Source: Mobula hypostoma
Taxonomy: Eukaryota
NCBI RefSeq assembly: GCF_963921235.1
Contig: NC_086118.1
Span: 26,972,001-27,036,000 of the forward strand
Length of the DNA stretch: 64,000 nt
Direction of reading: 5' to 3'
Part shown: piece after piece, positions 12,764-26,552 of the stretch
Layout of the letters: every line of letters starts with the position of its first letter
Numbering within the stretch: the first letter of the stretch is position 1
Notes under the pieces: model-generated
The model's input: only the letters and a program-made list of their open reading frames with translations
Told to the model about the DNA's origin: nothing
Databases searched by the model: none
Position numbers and translations under genes: made by a program

Positions 12764-14254
12764 GTACTCCTATCATGTATTCCGATAATTTATTAATGTA
12801 AGAATAGCTACATATATGGTGACTGTTGCTGAACTTTGAAATATGTTTCTTCTCTCCTTTCCTGCCTTTCCTTTCCTGTGGTGTTGTGTACGTCTCTGGG
12901 TCTATTGTTTTCCTCTAGGTCTTAAGGAAGATTGTAAGGGCTTTTTATTAACTGTAGGACAAAATATTAGTGATGCTTCCAACAGCTGAAACTTCAAATT
13001 TTCAATGGGTATTGGAGTCAATCTGTGCCTTTATTTGATTGTTTACACTTTCAAATCTAGGAGACAAAGAAACGGAATGGCTTTAAATATTGATCAATCA
13101 CTTCTGTCATAGCACACAAGTGGCATAGCACACAAGGTGGTGAGTCCGATTGGCAATCTCAGGCCCATTCATCATTCCTTATGCCTTCAACATTTATTTT
13201 CAATTTGTTTTATCAATGCCATTGTGATGTGTTTTGTATTTTACTCTGTGATGCACTAGCTATTTGCTAGTTTGTGTTTCTGCCTCAACACTGTTCAAAT
13301 CATTACAATTGCAGAGATTCCTATTTTAGCTTATTCTCAGTTACCAGCACCAAAAAGTAAAACATTTCTCTTTCCACAGTAAATGCTGAAATCTCAAGCC
13401 TAGCACCAGCTCTTTTATTCCCCACTCTTTTTTTCAAATTCTGCTATCCTTTCTATGAGGAATTAACTGAACGAATGCTTTCATGAAATCTATTTATATT
13501 TAAGTTATCAGATCAATGATTCCATAAAGGATATGCTTGGAAATTTTTGTTTTGTAATTACAAGAGACTGCATCATAATCGGACATTTATTTAAACCATT
13601 TTTAAACATTTATGACAATGTAATAGTAATAACATCTGTAAAAGATTATTTGTTCTGATCAGTGTAGCAAAGATCAACTTTATTGGGTTTCAGAGACAAA
13701 TTTATTATACACATAAAACAATCTACACTATTGAAAAATATTCAGAATGTTGATGTTATTGATTGATGATTATTCTGGGACAATGGTTGGTGTTGGTGGT
13801 GAAATGGGAGGACAAGGATTATTGGCTCCTCTGGTAACATGTGGAGGTTAGGAACAAACACATACATGCTCTTCTAAGAGCAACGATGATTCCGCATGAA
13901 CATCAGTAAATTTAAAGTCCAACGTACAGTATATCTCAGATATACTGCAGTGCTGATTTTGTAGTGTTGATGAAGCTCCTGACCTTGGTTGTTCCTTTCC
14001 CATGAAGAATTTTGTTAGGATGTGTTACCCTGTGTAATGAAATAAGGTACTGCAAAATATGTGTGGATTTATGTCAAAGATGAACTCTCTACCTGGCTAC
14101 CAGAAGCTAATGGTTTGGTGATTTATAAACACATCTGAATGTGCAATTTAGAATCTGAGTATAAATTATTTCAGGTGCTATGATACTGACCAGAATTAAA
14201 ATGAGTTCCCAGCTTTGGCTTCGAAGTAATGACATGCAATGTATTTAATCGCCT

Positions 14255-14465
14255 TCCAGAAAGTGTGGAATGAGCTGCAAGCGAAAGTGGTGAAAGCAGG
14301 TTCAATTTCAATATTAAAGAGAAGTTTGGATAAGTACATGGATGGGAGCGGTATGGTGTAGGTGCAGGTTGGTGGGTCTAGGCAGAACAATAGTTCAGGG
14401 CAGACTAAATGGGCTGAAGCACATGTTTCTGTGCTGTAGTACATATGACTAGGACTATGACTAAG
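14255..14465 (+). mobile_element. CR1 LINE 3' end
   Basis: gtgtggaatgagctgcaagcgaaagtggtg...tgtttctgtgctgtagt with (gactat)n tail. Confidence 0.75.
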
Positions 14466-14577
14466 CTGAGTTACTGCCCAAGGACCTTTAATTACTTTTA
14501 AATATCTAAGAGTTGGCTGGATTTAAAGGCTATTCATAAAGCATTAAATAATTAAGAGAGATAATAATTACTATATA

Positions 14578-15083
14578 TGAAAGCTCCCTGGTTTCCTTGG
14601 CTGCATAAGTCTAGGGAGTACACACTCCAATCCTGCCAGACCCGTGAGATTGTGTGGATGCTGTGTAATTTGCTACCCTGTTAAAATTCAGTGCCAAGAA
14701 ATAACAGACAGCACACTGCATACGATTAGAAGAATTATATTTGTGAATCTTAACTTAACTAAAGGGTTAGTAAAGAAAAAAAAACAAAAAGGGCCCATTA
14801 TAATTAAACAGTCACATGTGCACAAGTTGGAGCTCAACTCTTCCAAAAGTCATACATATTCACCCATCTGCAGTTGAAATCGATGCCTTGCTCCATCGAA
14901 TCACGGTCCACCACTGGGTCGAATCCTATGACCAGTTCTCTCCAGTGTCTTCTCTCTTCGTCTCCCGCTGAACAAAGGACTCAGCTCACATTCCAAAGCA
15001 CCTGTTATCTCTAACCATAAACCAAAACTGCTTCTATAGAAAGACCATTACGTTAGCAATGAAACTTTTCCCAGGGTGTTACA
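14578..15083. mobile_element. Probable solo LTR (Gypsy-like)
   Basis: 506 bp, TG...CA ends, imperfect terminal inverted repeat (tgaaagctccctgg / ccagggtgttaca), 4-bp TATA on both sides. Confidence 0.55.
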
Positions 15084-15199
15084 TATAAAATAAACTAAAA
15101 AAAAAAGAAAATTCAGGCACCCTTGACTTTTCCTTTTTCCAGTCTCTATAATGTGCCAGGGCTCTGTAGATGGGGTTGATGGAGATTTAAGCAACACAT

Positions 15200-16520
15200 A
15201 ACTCACAGACACAATTTTGGATTAGCACTCCAGCCCAATGGCTTCATCAATCTCTACAAAATCAGGACAGCTCAGTCTTTTAAAGGCAGAAGAGGTGGAG
15301 TATACTTTATAATTAACTCATCGTGGTGCACAAACATAATGGTTCTGTCTCAGTCCTGCTCATCCGAACTGGAACATCTTGCGGTCATATGTCATCCATT
15401 TTTTCTGATAGGGAGTTATCCACCATTATCCTGGAAATGGAGTATATTCCACCTCAGGCCAACATCAGGCAGGCACTGGAGGAGCTGAGCAATGTAATCA
15501 GTGGTCATGAAATATCACACCCTGATGCCTTCCCTATCATTGCTGGAGATTTCAAACAGACTAGCTTGAAAAACTTTCTGAACAGGTATCACCAACATAT
15601 CACCTGTGGAAACAAATGAGCCAACTTGACCACTGTTGTACCACCATCAAAATGCTTACCATGCTATTCCACAACCATGCTTTTGATAGTCCCTGGGCTG
15701 TACTTCTACTTCCAGTGTATAGTGAGAGACTGCAGCACCAGTGGTGAGGATCAAGAAGGTCTGGGCAAGGGTGGAAGAGGAGCAGTCACAGGACTGCTTC
15801 GAGTTGGTGGACTGGAGAAGACATTGTAATTGACTTTATCAAGAGCTGTATGGATGAGTGTGTGCCTTTGAAAACATACCGGATCATACCCAAACCAAAA
15901 GCTGGGGATGAACCAAGAGACGCAAAACCTGCCGAGGGCATCCAAGATTGGTGATCTGGAGCTATACAAGAAGTCCAGGTATGACCTATGAAAGGCTAAT
16001 TTAGGGGCGAATAAACAATTCTGATTGAGGTTAGAGGCAGAATTGGATGCAGGTCAGCCCTGACAGAGTTCATTATTTTGGCCATTATTTCCTACCAGAA
16101 AAAACCTAATATCATGAATGTCTGTGATGCTTCACCCCCAGATGAGCTCAGCACTTTTTGTGCACACTTTGAAAAGGAAAATAAAACTACACATTACATC
16201 AAAAAAGTGGCATCCATCGTTAAGCATCCCCATCACTCATGTCTTCTTCTCATTGCTACCTTCAAAGAGGAGGTACTGGAGCCTGAAGAAACACACTCAA
16301 TGTTTCAAGAAGAGCTTCTTCCCCTCTGTCATCAGATTTCTGAGAGGACAATGCATCCATGAACACTACCTCAGTATTATTCCCCTCTCTGTTTGCACTA
16401 GTTATTTAATCTTTTAATATATACTTGTAATTTATAGTTTTTATTATTATGTGTAGCAATGTACTGCTGCTACAAAACAATAAATTTTATGCCATATGCC
16501 AATGATATTAAACCTGATTC
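15200..16520 (+). mobile_element. Rex1/Babar LINE, internally deleted (APE endonuclease piece joined to 3' end)
   Basis: YIPPQANIRQALEEL...HPDAFPIIAGDFKQ, YPNQKLGMNQ, PDELSTFCAHFE, then KKVASIVKHPHH...SFFPSVIRFL and (tgattc) tail. Confidence 0.8.
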
Positions 16521-17689
16521 AGAGCAGAGTGAACCTGTGGAAGTGATTGGCAGCGATTCTGTCCCAATTTCAATATGTAATAAAAAGAAAACTTTGTACG
16601 AGTTAATATCAGATAACATCGTAACAAAGTGTCCCGTTGTTAGTCGGTATGTACAAAAAAGTAGGTTAACAACATTTGATGCACTACACAAATATCTAAC
16701 TTGCCAAAATGTTTGAATTTTAAAAATTGTTATGTAAATTATTCAGGTAAGGCATGAGATAAGCTTTGATGCCTAACCTACTTACTTTGTGTATGTGCCA
16801 GGGGAGGCAGAGTAGGTCTCTCAGCTACTCAATTCGGATCTATCAAGTTCTATCAAGATATTCTCAAACCAGATACTCACATTTTGTTGCTTCCACCTAC
16901 CTGACAAAAACATATTTATCCTTATGAAACATTTAATTGATCAGCATTCACAGTCTGTTACAAAAAGTTTCCATTACGCTGTGCATCAGCTGTAGACTTT
17001 GTTCAAAATATATTTGTGCCATTTCTCGTGTGTAGATTTCTGATGAAAGGATGCTGAAGAAATTTTAGATTTAGTACTAAAAATAACAGATTAGGAACAT
17101 ATTGGATCATACCCACAAGAGGTTCACCATTTTACGAAACAAGTGAACAAAATATCAAGCCAAATACTTAAGCTTATTTAGTCAGTCTTAGAATACTGCA
17201 CTCTAAATGTTGTAGATTAAAACTCAGCTATTAATATTGGATCAATTGCTCAGAAGAGCTGCCCTTTCTGCACCTCCCCCAGTCATGCTGATATAGGATG
17301 GGTCAGCAAGACTGGCTGGGGCAGAAGGGGCATCAATATTGCCTTGGTAGAGACCTAAGAGTCTGCAGATGCTGGGTTTTGGATATAAACATAAAGCACT
17401 GGAGGAATTCAGCAGATCAGGCAGCATCTATGGAGGAAAATAGATAATCGGCTTTTCATATCACAACCCTACATCTCAACCCAAAACCTCAACTGTTAAT
17501 TTACTTGCATACGTGCTGTCTGACGTGCTGAATTCCTCTAGCATTTTAGATATCGGTAGAGGGTCCATAGCTAGTGAGGGCTGGGATAGATGTTCCTTTG
17601 GCTAGACAAGCAATTCCAGACCCTAGAACAGCTGTCTATAAATTGTTAATGTCGGGAACACAGACAGTTACAATGGTTAGTAAGTATGA

Positions 17690-18130
17690 ACAATATTTGC
17701 TTTTTTTGATGAGGTGTAGATACAATGGCAAGGAAATTATGCTATGACAACTATGTACAGTTAAGATCACCACGTTGCTGAAAAGGTGTGAGGGTGTAGG
17801 GCATGTTTATCAGAATGGTGTCATGGCTGGAGTGGAGGGATTTGCCAGGTGTACTTGTTTACTTAGAATGAAAGTTGGTTTAATTTAAGTGCACTATGAG
17901 CAGAAGGACTTATTTCCATGAGCAGAGAGGTTGATAATTTGACGATCTAGCTTTAAATTAGTTAAGAAAATTTTACAAAAAGTAGTATTTACAAAAGGAG
18001 TATTGAGAAAAGAAGTGATTCAGCGTGAGAGTTTGGCTTCAGGAATTCACTGCCTGAAAGGCATCTACACCAGTGCTTGGATCAGCATTTCGGGAGCTAT
18101 AACCTACAAGGCTACCAGCCAAGAGCTGGC
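17690..18130 (+). mobile_element. Old CR1 LINE 3' remnant
   Basis: Heavily decayed similarity to CR1 RT C-terminus (ggaattcactgcctgaaag...). Confidence 0.45.
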
Positions 18131-18151
18131 CAGTGAGTTTAACCAAAAGAA

Positions 18152-18467
18152 GGGCCGCATGGTAGCGTAGTGATTTGCACAACGTTTTACATTATGGGTG
18201 ACCCAGGTTCAATTCCCACTGTTGCCAGTAAGGCGTACCTTCTCCCCGTGACCACATGGGTCTCCTCTGGGTGCTCCAGTTTCTTCCCACAGCCCAAAGA
18301 TGTACTGGTAGGTAGGTTAATTGGTCATTGTAACTTGTCCCATAATTAGGTATAGACTAAATCGGGGATTACTGGGCAGCAAGGCTGAAAGGGCTGGAAT
18401 GGCCTATTCCACGCTGTATCTGGATAAATAAACAAACAAACAGATAAATAAACAAACAAATAAATAA
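18152..18467 (+). mobile_element. tRNA-derived V-SINE
   Basis: A box tggtagcgtagtg, B box ggttcaattcc, V-domain-like tctccccgtg...gggtgctccagtttcttcccacagcccaaaga, (aaat/aaac)n tail. Confidence 0.8.
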
Positions 18468-19288
18468 CTCTTTATAACTGGCTTTGACACAGGGCCTGTG
18501 CTATATGGCCTCCTTGTGCATTGTTTTCATTACAGATATAAGTTCACACATTTATCCAAGTGTTGCAATGGATCTATTTTTACATTGCAACGCAGGTGGT
18601 GATTAGGTCCATGCTGGTTTCCGGCAGTCCAATCCCATCAGTCCTACATCCCTCTCCCTGTTTCCTGTGGCCCTGCTGGTTATTCTTCTCCACATTTTTT
18701 GTTCATTCTTTTGCCACTTACCTGCACTAATTTATTGTTACCAATTAACTTACCAACACATTGTTGGGATGTGGGAGAAAAACAAGTGTAAATTGCCAGA
18801 AAACCACAGTCTTGACAGGGAGTCTGTGTACACAGACTGCCTGAGGTTAGAATCAGTCCTGGGTTCCTGGAGCTATGAGGTAGCAACACTTACTGCGTGA
18901 CTTCTAATTATGTTATCTTGTTAACCTTGTTATTTCCTTTGTAGTAACATTTAAAGTCACAGGTTTGGAAAATATATCTGTACTCATAGGGATATATTAA
19001 TCTGTTGCAAATAACAAGTTCTGTAGATTAGGCAGGTCTCCGGAGGGAAAGAGACGGTTGATGATTTGATTCCAGACCATTCACCATCATTCATGCATTT
19101 CCCTCCGCAGATGCTGCCTGACTCTCTGAGTTCCTCTCACAGATTGACCTTTGGTCTAGATCCCAGCGTCTGCTAGCTCTGGGGTCTCTCTTTATATTAA
19201 TCTGTTGTTGTATGTTGGATTTACCACTCTTTAGCTGCTGCACTGCCATTTAAAAAAAGTCAACATTCTGAAACGTTTTCTTTTGCAG

Positions 19289-19442
19289 TGATGTGAGATG
19301 GCGAATTCAAAAAGCAATAGCTGATACATTTGGGATTGACTCAACTCGCTTGCACCTCACAAAGCCCACTTTTTTCTCAAAGATGAACAATACAGAAGCC
19401 AAAACAATGCATGATGAATATTGGCATCCACACATCGATAAG
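19289..19442 (+). CDS. OGFOD3: OGFOD3 internal coding exon carrying the HxD iron-binding motif
   Basis: Acceptor ttttcttttgcag, donor gtatta; 154 nt; DVRWRIQKAIADTFGIDSTRLHLTKPTFFSKMNNTEAKTMHDEYWHPHIDK. Confidence 0.97.
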
Positions 19443-19684
19443 GTATTAGCTATCGTCTTGATACCTAATGGAAAATATTGCAGATATAATTCATTCGGTT
19501 CTATGATTCACATGATTTTATTAGGATGACTTGTTTGTATATAATTTGTTGCAGTGCAGATAAAATCTATTAATTTTTCCTAGTCTGTGAGATGTAATAT
19601 GGAGTCCAATTTACTGATTAGGTTGCAGCTCTGTGCACACAGTAAAAAATGACCATGGTACCTTTACCGCTGTTAAAGCTCAGG

Positions 19685-19940
19685 GTGTTCCAGAGGTAGT
19701 TTCCGGGGCTGTTCTGTAAGGAGCTTGTATGTTCTCCCTGTGGAATGCATGGGTTTTCCCCAGGTGCTCTGGTTTCCTCCCACAGTCCAATGACGTTCTG
19801 GGTAGGTTAATTGGTCATTGTAAATTGTCCCATTTAGGTTAGGGTTAATCGGGTTTCTCAGGAGTTGCTGGGCCAGTGTGGCTTGAAGGGCTGGTGAGGC
19901 CTGGTTCGCACTGTAGCTCTAAATGAAAAGATAAATAAAT
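19685..19940 (+). mobile_element. V-SINE, 5' degraded
   Basis: gttctccctgtg...ggtgctctggtttcctcccacagtccaatgacg...ggtaggttaattggtcattgtaaattgtcc; aaat tail. Confidence 0.75.
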
Positions 19941-20829
19941 GTTGTCTTGAAAATTGTGTGTGACAATGCTTGTCTTGGAGTTTGGCTTTTCAAAAGGCAT
20001 AAATTCTGTCGTTACTTCTTATTGGTTGCCCAGACTAAATTGAGTCATGCCAGCATTTCAGAGTGCCAGAAAATACATGCGAAAGGGATAAATTAATCAC
20101 CATTCTGTGCATGTCAAATGATAACTCCATCACAATTTGTTATGATGAACATTACTGAAAACTCAGTAGAAAGTTTATACTTAATAAGTTGCCATTTTTT
20201 GTTAACTCTTCACATTTGAATTGATCTTAAGAAAGTTTAATTGTTTGTATCTTGTGCTCATTATTTGGAATTCCTAATTATAATATACCTCTTCAGATTT
20301 CCAGTTAATGGCAAGATTTCTCTTTAGAAAAGTAGAGGGCTATGCTCTTGGGAAATTTTAGGCAGTTTCTAGAGTAGGTTGCATGGTCGGCACAACATCG
20401 TGGACCGACAGTCCTGTAGATTTCTATGTTCTATGTTTAATACACACGATAAATTGTTCTAATGAATGAGATGGATGATATAGTTTACGTTTCTTATAGG
20501 GAATTATTTGATGATTTTATTGATTTTGCTATCAACCATACTTGCATTGCTGTGACTGTGATTTATAATGTTCACTATTAGAATCATATTTGATGTGTAC
20601 AATTGCCTACAAGTGGAATCATCATTGTACCTGAAAATTCCAGATTCATCATTTATGTTTATTAAACCTGACTTTGCCTTATGGGTGGAAAAACACCACA
20701 ATGAGTCTGGGGTCACTAATGATATGATTGTCAAAGAATTTGGTGTTGAAGACGCAGTTCTTTAGACCACAGTCCCCCAAGGATGATGCTTACTTAATAA
20801 ACAAGACCTTTCTCGGCTGAGAGAAGAAG

Positions 20830-21140
20830 TTTTTTTTCCAGCCATCAGGCTCTTGAACAAAAGGGGATAACTATACTTACTTGCCCATCCATTGAGATGT
20901 TCCCACAACCAATGATCTCACTTTTAGGACTCTATTTCATTACCTCATGTTCTTGTTATTTATTGCTATATGTTTATATTTGCATTTGCACAGTCTGTTG
21001 TCTTCTGCACTCTAGTTCATCTTTCATTAATCCTCTTATAGTTAGTTTTGCTGAGTATGCCTGCAGGAAAATGAATCTCGGGGTTGTATGTGGTGACATA
21101 TATGTATTTTGATAATAAAATTTACTTTGAACTTTGAAAT
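20830..21140 (+). mobile_element. Rex1/Babar LINE 3' end
   Basis: ccatcaggctcttgaac...aatctcggggttgtatgtggtgacatatatgtattttgataataaaatttactttgaactttgaa; reverse complement of the family at 23680-23960. Confidence 0.7.
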
Positions 21141-21299
21141 GAAGTACAGAACTGGAGACTTGCCATTTGGACTTTATTTGCAGCAAGTCATTGTTAGGTG
21201 ATATACACAGAATTTCTGGGTGCTTTCATTTCACATGCAGAGACATATTTTGGTTATCCAATTATCTGACCTGATTGAAACTTCTTTGTTTGATTGTGT

Positions 21300-21905
21300 C
21301 CAGTTGTGTTCCCTACCTACATGAAAAATATCAGTAAGATTGACAGAATACAGAGAAAATTTACAAGGATGTTGCCAGGGCTTGGGAAAAGTTGAATGGA
21401 TAGGACTTTATTGCCTAGAGCAGAGGTTCCCAAACTGGGGTCCCAGGACCCCTTGCTTAATGATATTGGTCCATGGCATAAAAAAGGTTGGGAATCTCTG
21501 CCGTAGAGTGTAGGTGAATGAGGGATGATTTGATGGAGGTATATAAAATTATGAGGGATATAGATAGGGTTAATGCAAGCAGACTTTATCCACTGAGGTT
21601 GGGTGAAACTAGAAGTAGAGATCATAATTTAAGGGTGAAAGGTGAAATATTTAAGAGGAACCTGAAGAGGAACTTCTTCACTTAGAGGGTGGTGTGAGTT
21701 TTGAACAAGGTGCCAGTTGAAGTGGTGGATGTGAGTTTGATTACAACGTTTAAGAGAAGTGTGTATAAGCACATTGACATTGAGGGATGTGGAGGGCTAT
21801 GATCCAGGTGCAGGTTGTTGAGACCAAGCAGAATGACAGTTCAGCATGGTCTAGAATGGCCGAATGGACTTTTTTTTTGTGCTGTAGTGCTCTATAACTC
21901 TACGA
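21300..21905 (+). mobile_element. CR1 LINE 3' fragment
   Basis: KIDRIQRKFTRMLPGL...DLMEVYKIMRDIDRVN...NFFT*RVV; CR1 tail gtgctgtagtgctctataactct. Confidence 0.8.
21421..21500. mobile_element. 80-bp hAT (Charlie/Buster-type) MITE
   Basis: TIRs cagaggttcccaaac / gttgggaatctctg; 8-bp nnnTAnnn TSD gcctagag / ccgtagag; interrupts the CR1 fragment. Confidence 0.85.
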
Positions 21906-22699
21906 CTTTAACCAGGGGTCTCAAAGCCAGTTAAATGCATTTTATTTGATTTCACTTTATCGTGCAAAGTGCAGAATCCATGTATTTGATTCCATTAGAT
22001 TAAGGCTCAAATTGCTGTGAACTTTCAGAAGAAAGCGTCAGAGTTTTTTTTCCTCTCTTGGCTTCAAGGCATGCCAAAGCATGTATCACCCAATTAATTA
22101 CTTTTGAAGTTTTTTTTGCTGCTATATTCTTGTCAACTTACACACAGTAGGATGCTGCAAAGACAAAAAGGAGATCATTTTGTGCTCTCTCTGAATGCTG
22201 CAGTTCTATCCCCAGCTATCCTTTTCAAATTCTTTCTTCCCACCACTGCCCGCTCTCTCCAGCACCACTTACTATATACTGTACGATCTGTATCAACTCT
22301 TCCTTTAAGGCTCTCCTGTTCGTGAAAGCTCAAACACTGATTTACTCTGTGTACTTCATATCTCGTTGTAATTTTATTGTATTCCTTGACTCTGCCTTGA
22401 CATCGAACATCTTCAGTCAGGCTTAGCACTGTGATCTCTCATCTCTACTCACTTTGAAGTATTACAGTATTGTGTCTGAGCTCCTAATACAATCAGAGTC
22501 CTGTACTTCAGCAGATTAATTGTATACCTGAGTTTATTGCATCCTTACTGTGGAGACTTAGGTTGCAGAGCACTCAGCACTGAGGCAAAAAGATATTGAG
22601 AGCAGCTTTAAATGGTTGTATAAGTGGGAAGTAGGTAGGCATTATATATAAGGTGCATTTTGTTCCTTCTCCTTTCTCACCTTCTATCACCTCCATTTT

Positions 22700-23190
22700 C
22701 ACATGAGCAAGTTGCCTCCTGGCCAAATCACCTCAAACATGCCATCTGTTTTTATGTGGACTTGAAGGGCAATCAGCTCTAAGTCATCGCCACTGCTCTT
22801 GACTTGTCCCCTGCTTCTTAGTTGTCAGACTAATTATCCAATACTCGTGAGAAGAACTTCCTTCGGCCAAATGTTGGGAAATTCGGCTTCAAAACTTTTC
22901 CAAACTCCCTTCCCTAACCGCTGACTCCTTCAGTACAATTTGTATCAAAATGTTTGCATTCTTGGTGTCAGTTTCAACCCAGAAATGCAGTTTGTTTCCC
23001 ACCCCTCTGAGACACTGAAAAATTTAACCCACTTAGCTTATCCACTGCTGAAACCATGATCCCAGCCATTTGGTATTTTTAGATTTACTTATTTAAATGT
23101 ACTTTTGGTCACCTTTCCCTGTGGTACTCTCTGTAATGCAAAAGCTCTGCAACCCATATCCAAACATGCACCAGGTCCAATACCTAACCT
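22700..23190 (+). mobile_element. Ancient L2-type LINE remnant
   Basis: Decayed similarity to L2 RT C-terminus (ttgtcagac...atccaatac...aacttccttc, cttggtgtca, gctgaaaccatgatcccagcc). Confidence 0.45.
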
Positions 23191-23194
23191 CCTG

Positions 23195-23670
23195 AGTAGC
23201 AAACGCAAAATGCTGAAAGAAGTCAGCAAGTCAGGCAGAATAAGCAGTCGACATTTTGGGCCAAGACCCTTCAGCAGAAAATAAGGAGGCAGAAGACAAA
23301 GTGAGAAGGGGAGGGAAGGGGAAGTAGTAAAGCTAGTAGTGATTGATGCGACCAGGTGAGGAGGAAGGTATAAAGGTGGGGGACAGGGGGAATGAAGTAG
23401 GAAGCCGGGAGAGGTGGAAAAGATAAATGGCTGACGAAGAAGGAATCTAATACAAGAGGACATTGGATCATGGAAGAAAAGGAAGGAGAAGGAGTACCAG
23501 AGAGAAGTGAGGAGAAGTGAAGAGGTGAGGGTGTGTCTAGAACGGAGCATAGAAAAAGAGAGAAGGGGGAGAGCAGAGTAATTACCAGAAGTTAAGAGAA
23601 ATCGATGTTCATGCCATCAGGTTGGAGGCTAACCAGATGGAATATGAGGTGTTGCTTCTCAAACCTGAGT
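23195..23670 (-). mobile_element. Penelope-like element 3' fragment
   Basis: pLTR with decayed hammerhead core, purine tract, and gagaaatcgatgttcatgccatcaggttggaggct (end of GIY-YIG ORF). Confidence 0.75.
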
Positions 23671-23679
23671 CTCGAATTT

Positions 23680-25030
23680 CAAACTAAATTTACTATCCAT
23701 ATAGAACCCTGAGGTTCACTTTCTCGCAGGGATACTCAATAAATCCATAATAGTATCAATGAAAGACCGCACCAACTTGGTGTTCAACCAGTGTACAGAA
23801 GACATTAAAAACGCAAGCAATAAATATCAATAACATGAGATGAAGAGTCCTTGAAAGTGAGTCCATAGGTTGTGTGAACTTCTCAGTGATGGGGCAAGTG
23901 AAGTTGAATGAAGTTATCCCCTTTGGTTCAAGAGCCTGAAGGTTGAGTGGTATTAACTGTTCTTGAACCTGGTAGTGTGAGTCCTGAGGTTCCTGTACCA
24001 CCTTCCTGATGGCCACTGTGAGGAGAGAGCTGCTGCCATCAGGAAGAAGGGTGGTGGGGGTCATTGATGATGGATTCTGCTTTCCTGCTGCAACGCTTTG
24101 TGTAGCTGTGCTCACTGGTGCGGCGAGCTTTATCTGTTATGGACAGGGCCATATCCATTACTTATTGTAGGATATTCTGTTCAGATGCATTAGTGTTTCC
24201 ATGGTAGACTGTGATACAGCCAGCCAATATGCTCTGCACCACCTATCTATAAAAGTTTGTCAAAGTTTTAGATGTCATGTTGAATCTTCACAAACTCGGC
24301 ATACTGCAGTGTTTTCTTATTAATTTCATTTTTGTGCTGGTGCCAGAACAGGTCATTTGAAATGATAACACTGAGGAATTTGAAGTTGCTTTAATTTAAA
24401 TTTAAATTATTAGATCTTCCAATAAGGACTGGTTCATGGACCTCTGGTTTCCTTCTTCTGAAGTCAATAAATCAGCTCCTTGGTCTTGCTGACATTGAGT
24501 AAGAGGTTGTTGTTGTGGCAACACTCAGCCAGATTTTCAGTCTCCCTCCTATATGCTCAATCGTCAGCATCTTTGATTCGGCCAATGACAGTAGTATTGT
24601 CAGCAAACTTGAAAATGGCATTGGAGCTGTGCTTAGCCACACAGTCAAAAGTGTAAAGTGAGTAGAGCAGGGAACTAAGCACACAGCCTTGTGGTACACT
24701 TGTGTTGATGGAGACCATGGAGGAGATGTTGTTGTCAGTCCAAACTGACTGGTGTCTGCAAATGAGGAAATCAGGGATCCAATTGCACAAGGAGGTATTG
24801 AGGCCAAGCTCCTGAAGCTTAATGATTAGTTTGGAGGGGATGATAGTACCAAATGGCGAGCTGTAGTCGGTAAAGAGTATCCTAATGTATGCATCTTTGC
24901 TGTTTAGACGTTCCATGGTTGAGTGAAGAACCAATAAAATTGCTTCTGCTGTGGACCTGTTGTGCCAGTAGGCCAACTGGTGCAGATCCAACCACTCAAA
25001 GCACTTCATCACTGTGGATACAAGTGCAAC
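23680..25030 (-). mobile_element. Rex1/Babar LINE RT fragment
   Basis: MKCFEWL...AYWHNRSTAEAI...AYIRILFTDYSSPFGTIIPSKL...SVPQGCVLSSLLYSLYTFDC...FKFADNTTVIGRI. Confidence 0.9.
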
Positions 25031-25239
25031 AAGTATAGGTATAGTGGTCTAGTCAATAGCATTTGAAGCAAGTCACAACATTCTTCTCAGGTACCAGTAC
25101 AAGAGAGAAGGCCGTGGACAGACATGCCACTATGGGAATAGGAACAACAGGATTTCTGCAGATGCTGGAAATTCAAGCAACACACATCAAAGTTGCTGGT
25201 GAACGCAGCAGGCCAGGCAGCATCTCTAGGAAGAGGTGC

Positions 25240-25275
25240 AGTCGACGTTTCAGGCCGAGACTCTTCGTCAGGACT
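25240..25275 (-). ncRNA. Minimal type-I hammerhead ribozyme motif (Penelope pLTR)
   Basis: Minus strand AGUC-CUGACGA-AGAGUCUCGGCCU-GAAACGUC-GACU. Confidence 0.7.
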
Positions 25276-26552
25276 AACTGAAGGAAGAGTGAGTAAGAGA
25301 TTTGAAAGGGGGAGGGGGAGATCCAAAATGATAGGAGAAGACAGGAGGGGGAGGGATGGAGCCAAGAGCTGGACAGTTGATTGGCAAAAAGGATACGAGA
25401 GGATCATGGGACAGGAGGTCCGGGAAGAAAGACAAGGACGCCATCCCCTTCTCGCAATTCCTCCGTCTCTGCCGCATCTGCTCTCAGGATGAGGCTTTTC
25501 ATTCTAGGACGAGGGAGATGTCCTCCTTTTTTAAAGAAAGGGGCTTCCCTTCCTCCACTATCAACTCTGCTTTTAAACGTATCTCCCCCCTTTCACGTAC
25601 ATCTGCTCTCACTTCATCCTCCCGCCACCCCACGAGGAATAGGGTTCCCCTGGTCCTCACCTACCACCCCACCAGCCTCCGGGTCCAACATATTATTCTC
25701 CGTAACTTCCGCGACCTCCAACGGGATCCCACAACTAAGCACATCTTTCCCTCCCCCCCCCCCCGCTTTCCGCAGGGATCGCTCCCTTCGCGACTCCCTT
25801 GTCCATTCGTCCCCCCCATCCCTCCCCACTGATCTCCCTCCTGGCACTTATCCGTGTAAGCGGAACAAGTGCTACACATGCCCTTACACTTCCTCCCTTA
25901 CCACCATTCAGGGCCCCAAACAGTCCTTCCAGGTGAGGCGACACTTCACCTGTGAGTCGGCTGGGGTGATGTACTGCGTCCGGTGCTCCTGAGGTGGCCT
26001 TTTATATATTGGCAAGACCTGACGCAGACTGGGAGACCGCTTTGCTGAACACCTACGCTCTGTCCGCCAGAGAAAGCAGGATCTCCCAGTGGCCACACAT
26101 TTTAATTCCACATCCCATTCCCATTCTGACATGTCTATCCACGGCCTCCTCTACTGTAAAGATGAAGCCACACTCAGGTTGGAGGAACAACACCTTATAT
26201 TCCGTCTGGGTAGCCTCCAACCTGATGGCATGAATATCGACTTCTCTAACTTCCGCTAATGCCCCACCTCCCCCTCGTACCCCATCTGTTACTTTCTTTT
26301 ATACACACATTCTTTCTCTCACTCTCCTTTTTCTCCCTCTGTCCCTCTGAATATACCCCTTGCCCATCTTCTGAGTTCCCCCCCCCTTGTCTTTCTTCCC
26401 GGACCTCCTGTCCCATGATCCTCTCGTATCCTTTTTGCCAATCACCTGTCCAGCTCTTGGCTCCATCCCTCCCCCTCCTGTCTTCTCCTATCATTTTGGA
26501 TCTCCCCCTCCCCCTCCAACTTTCAAATCTTTTACTCACTCTTCCTTCAGTT

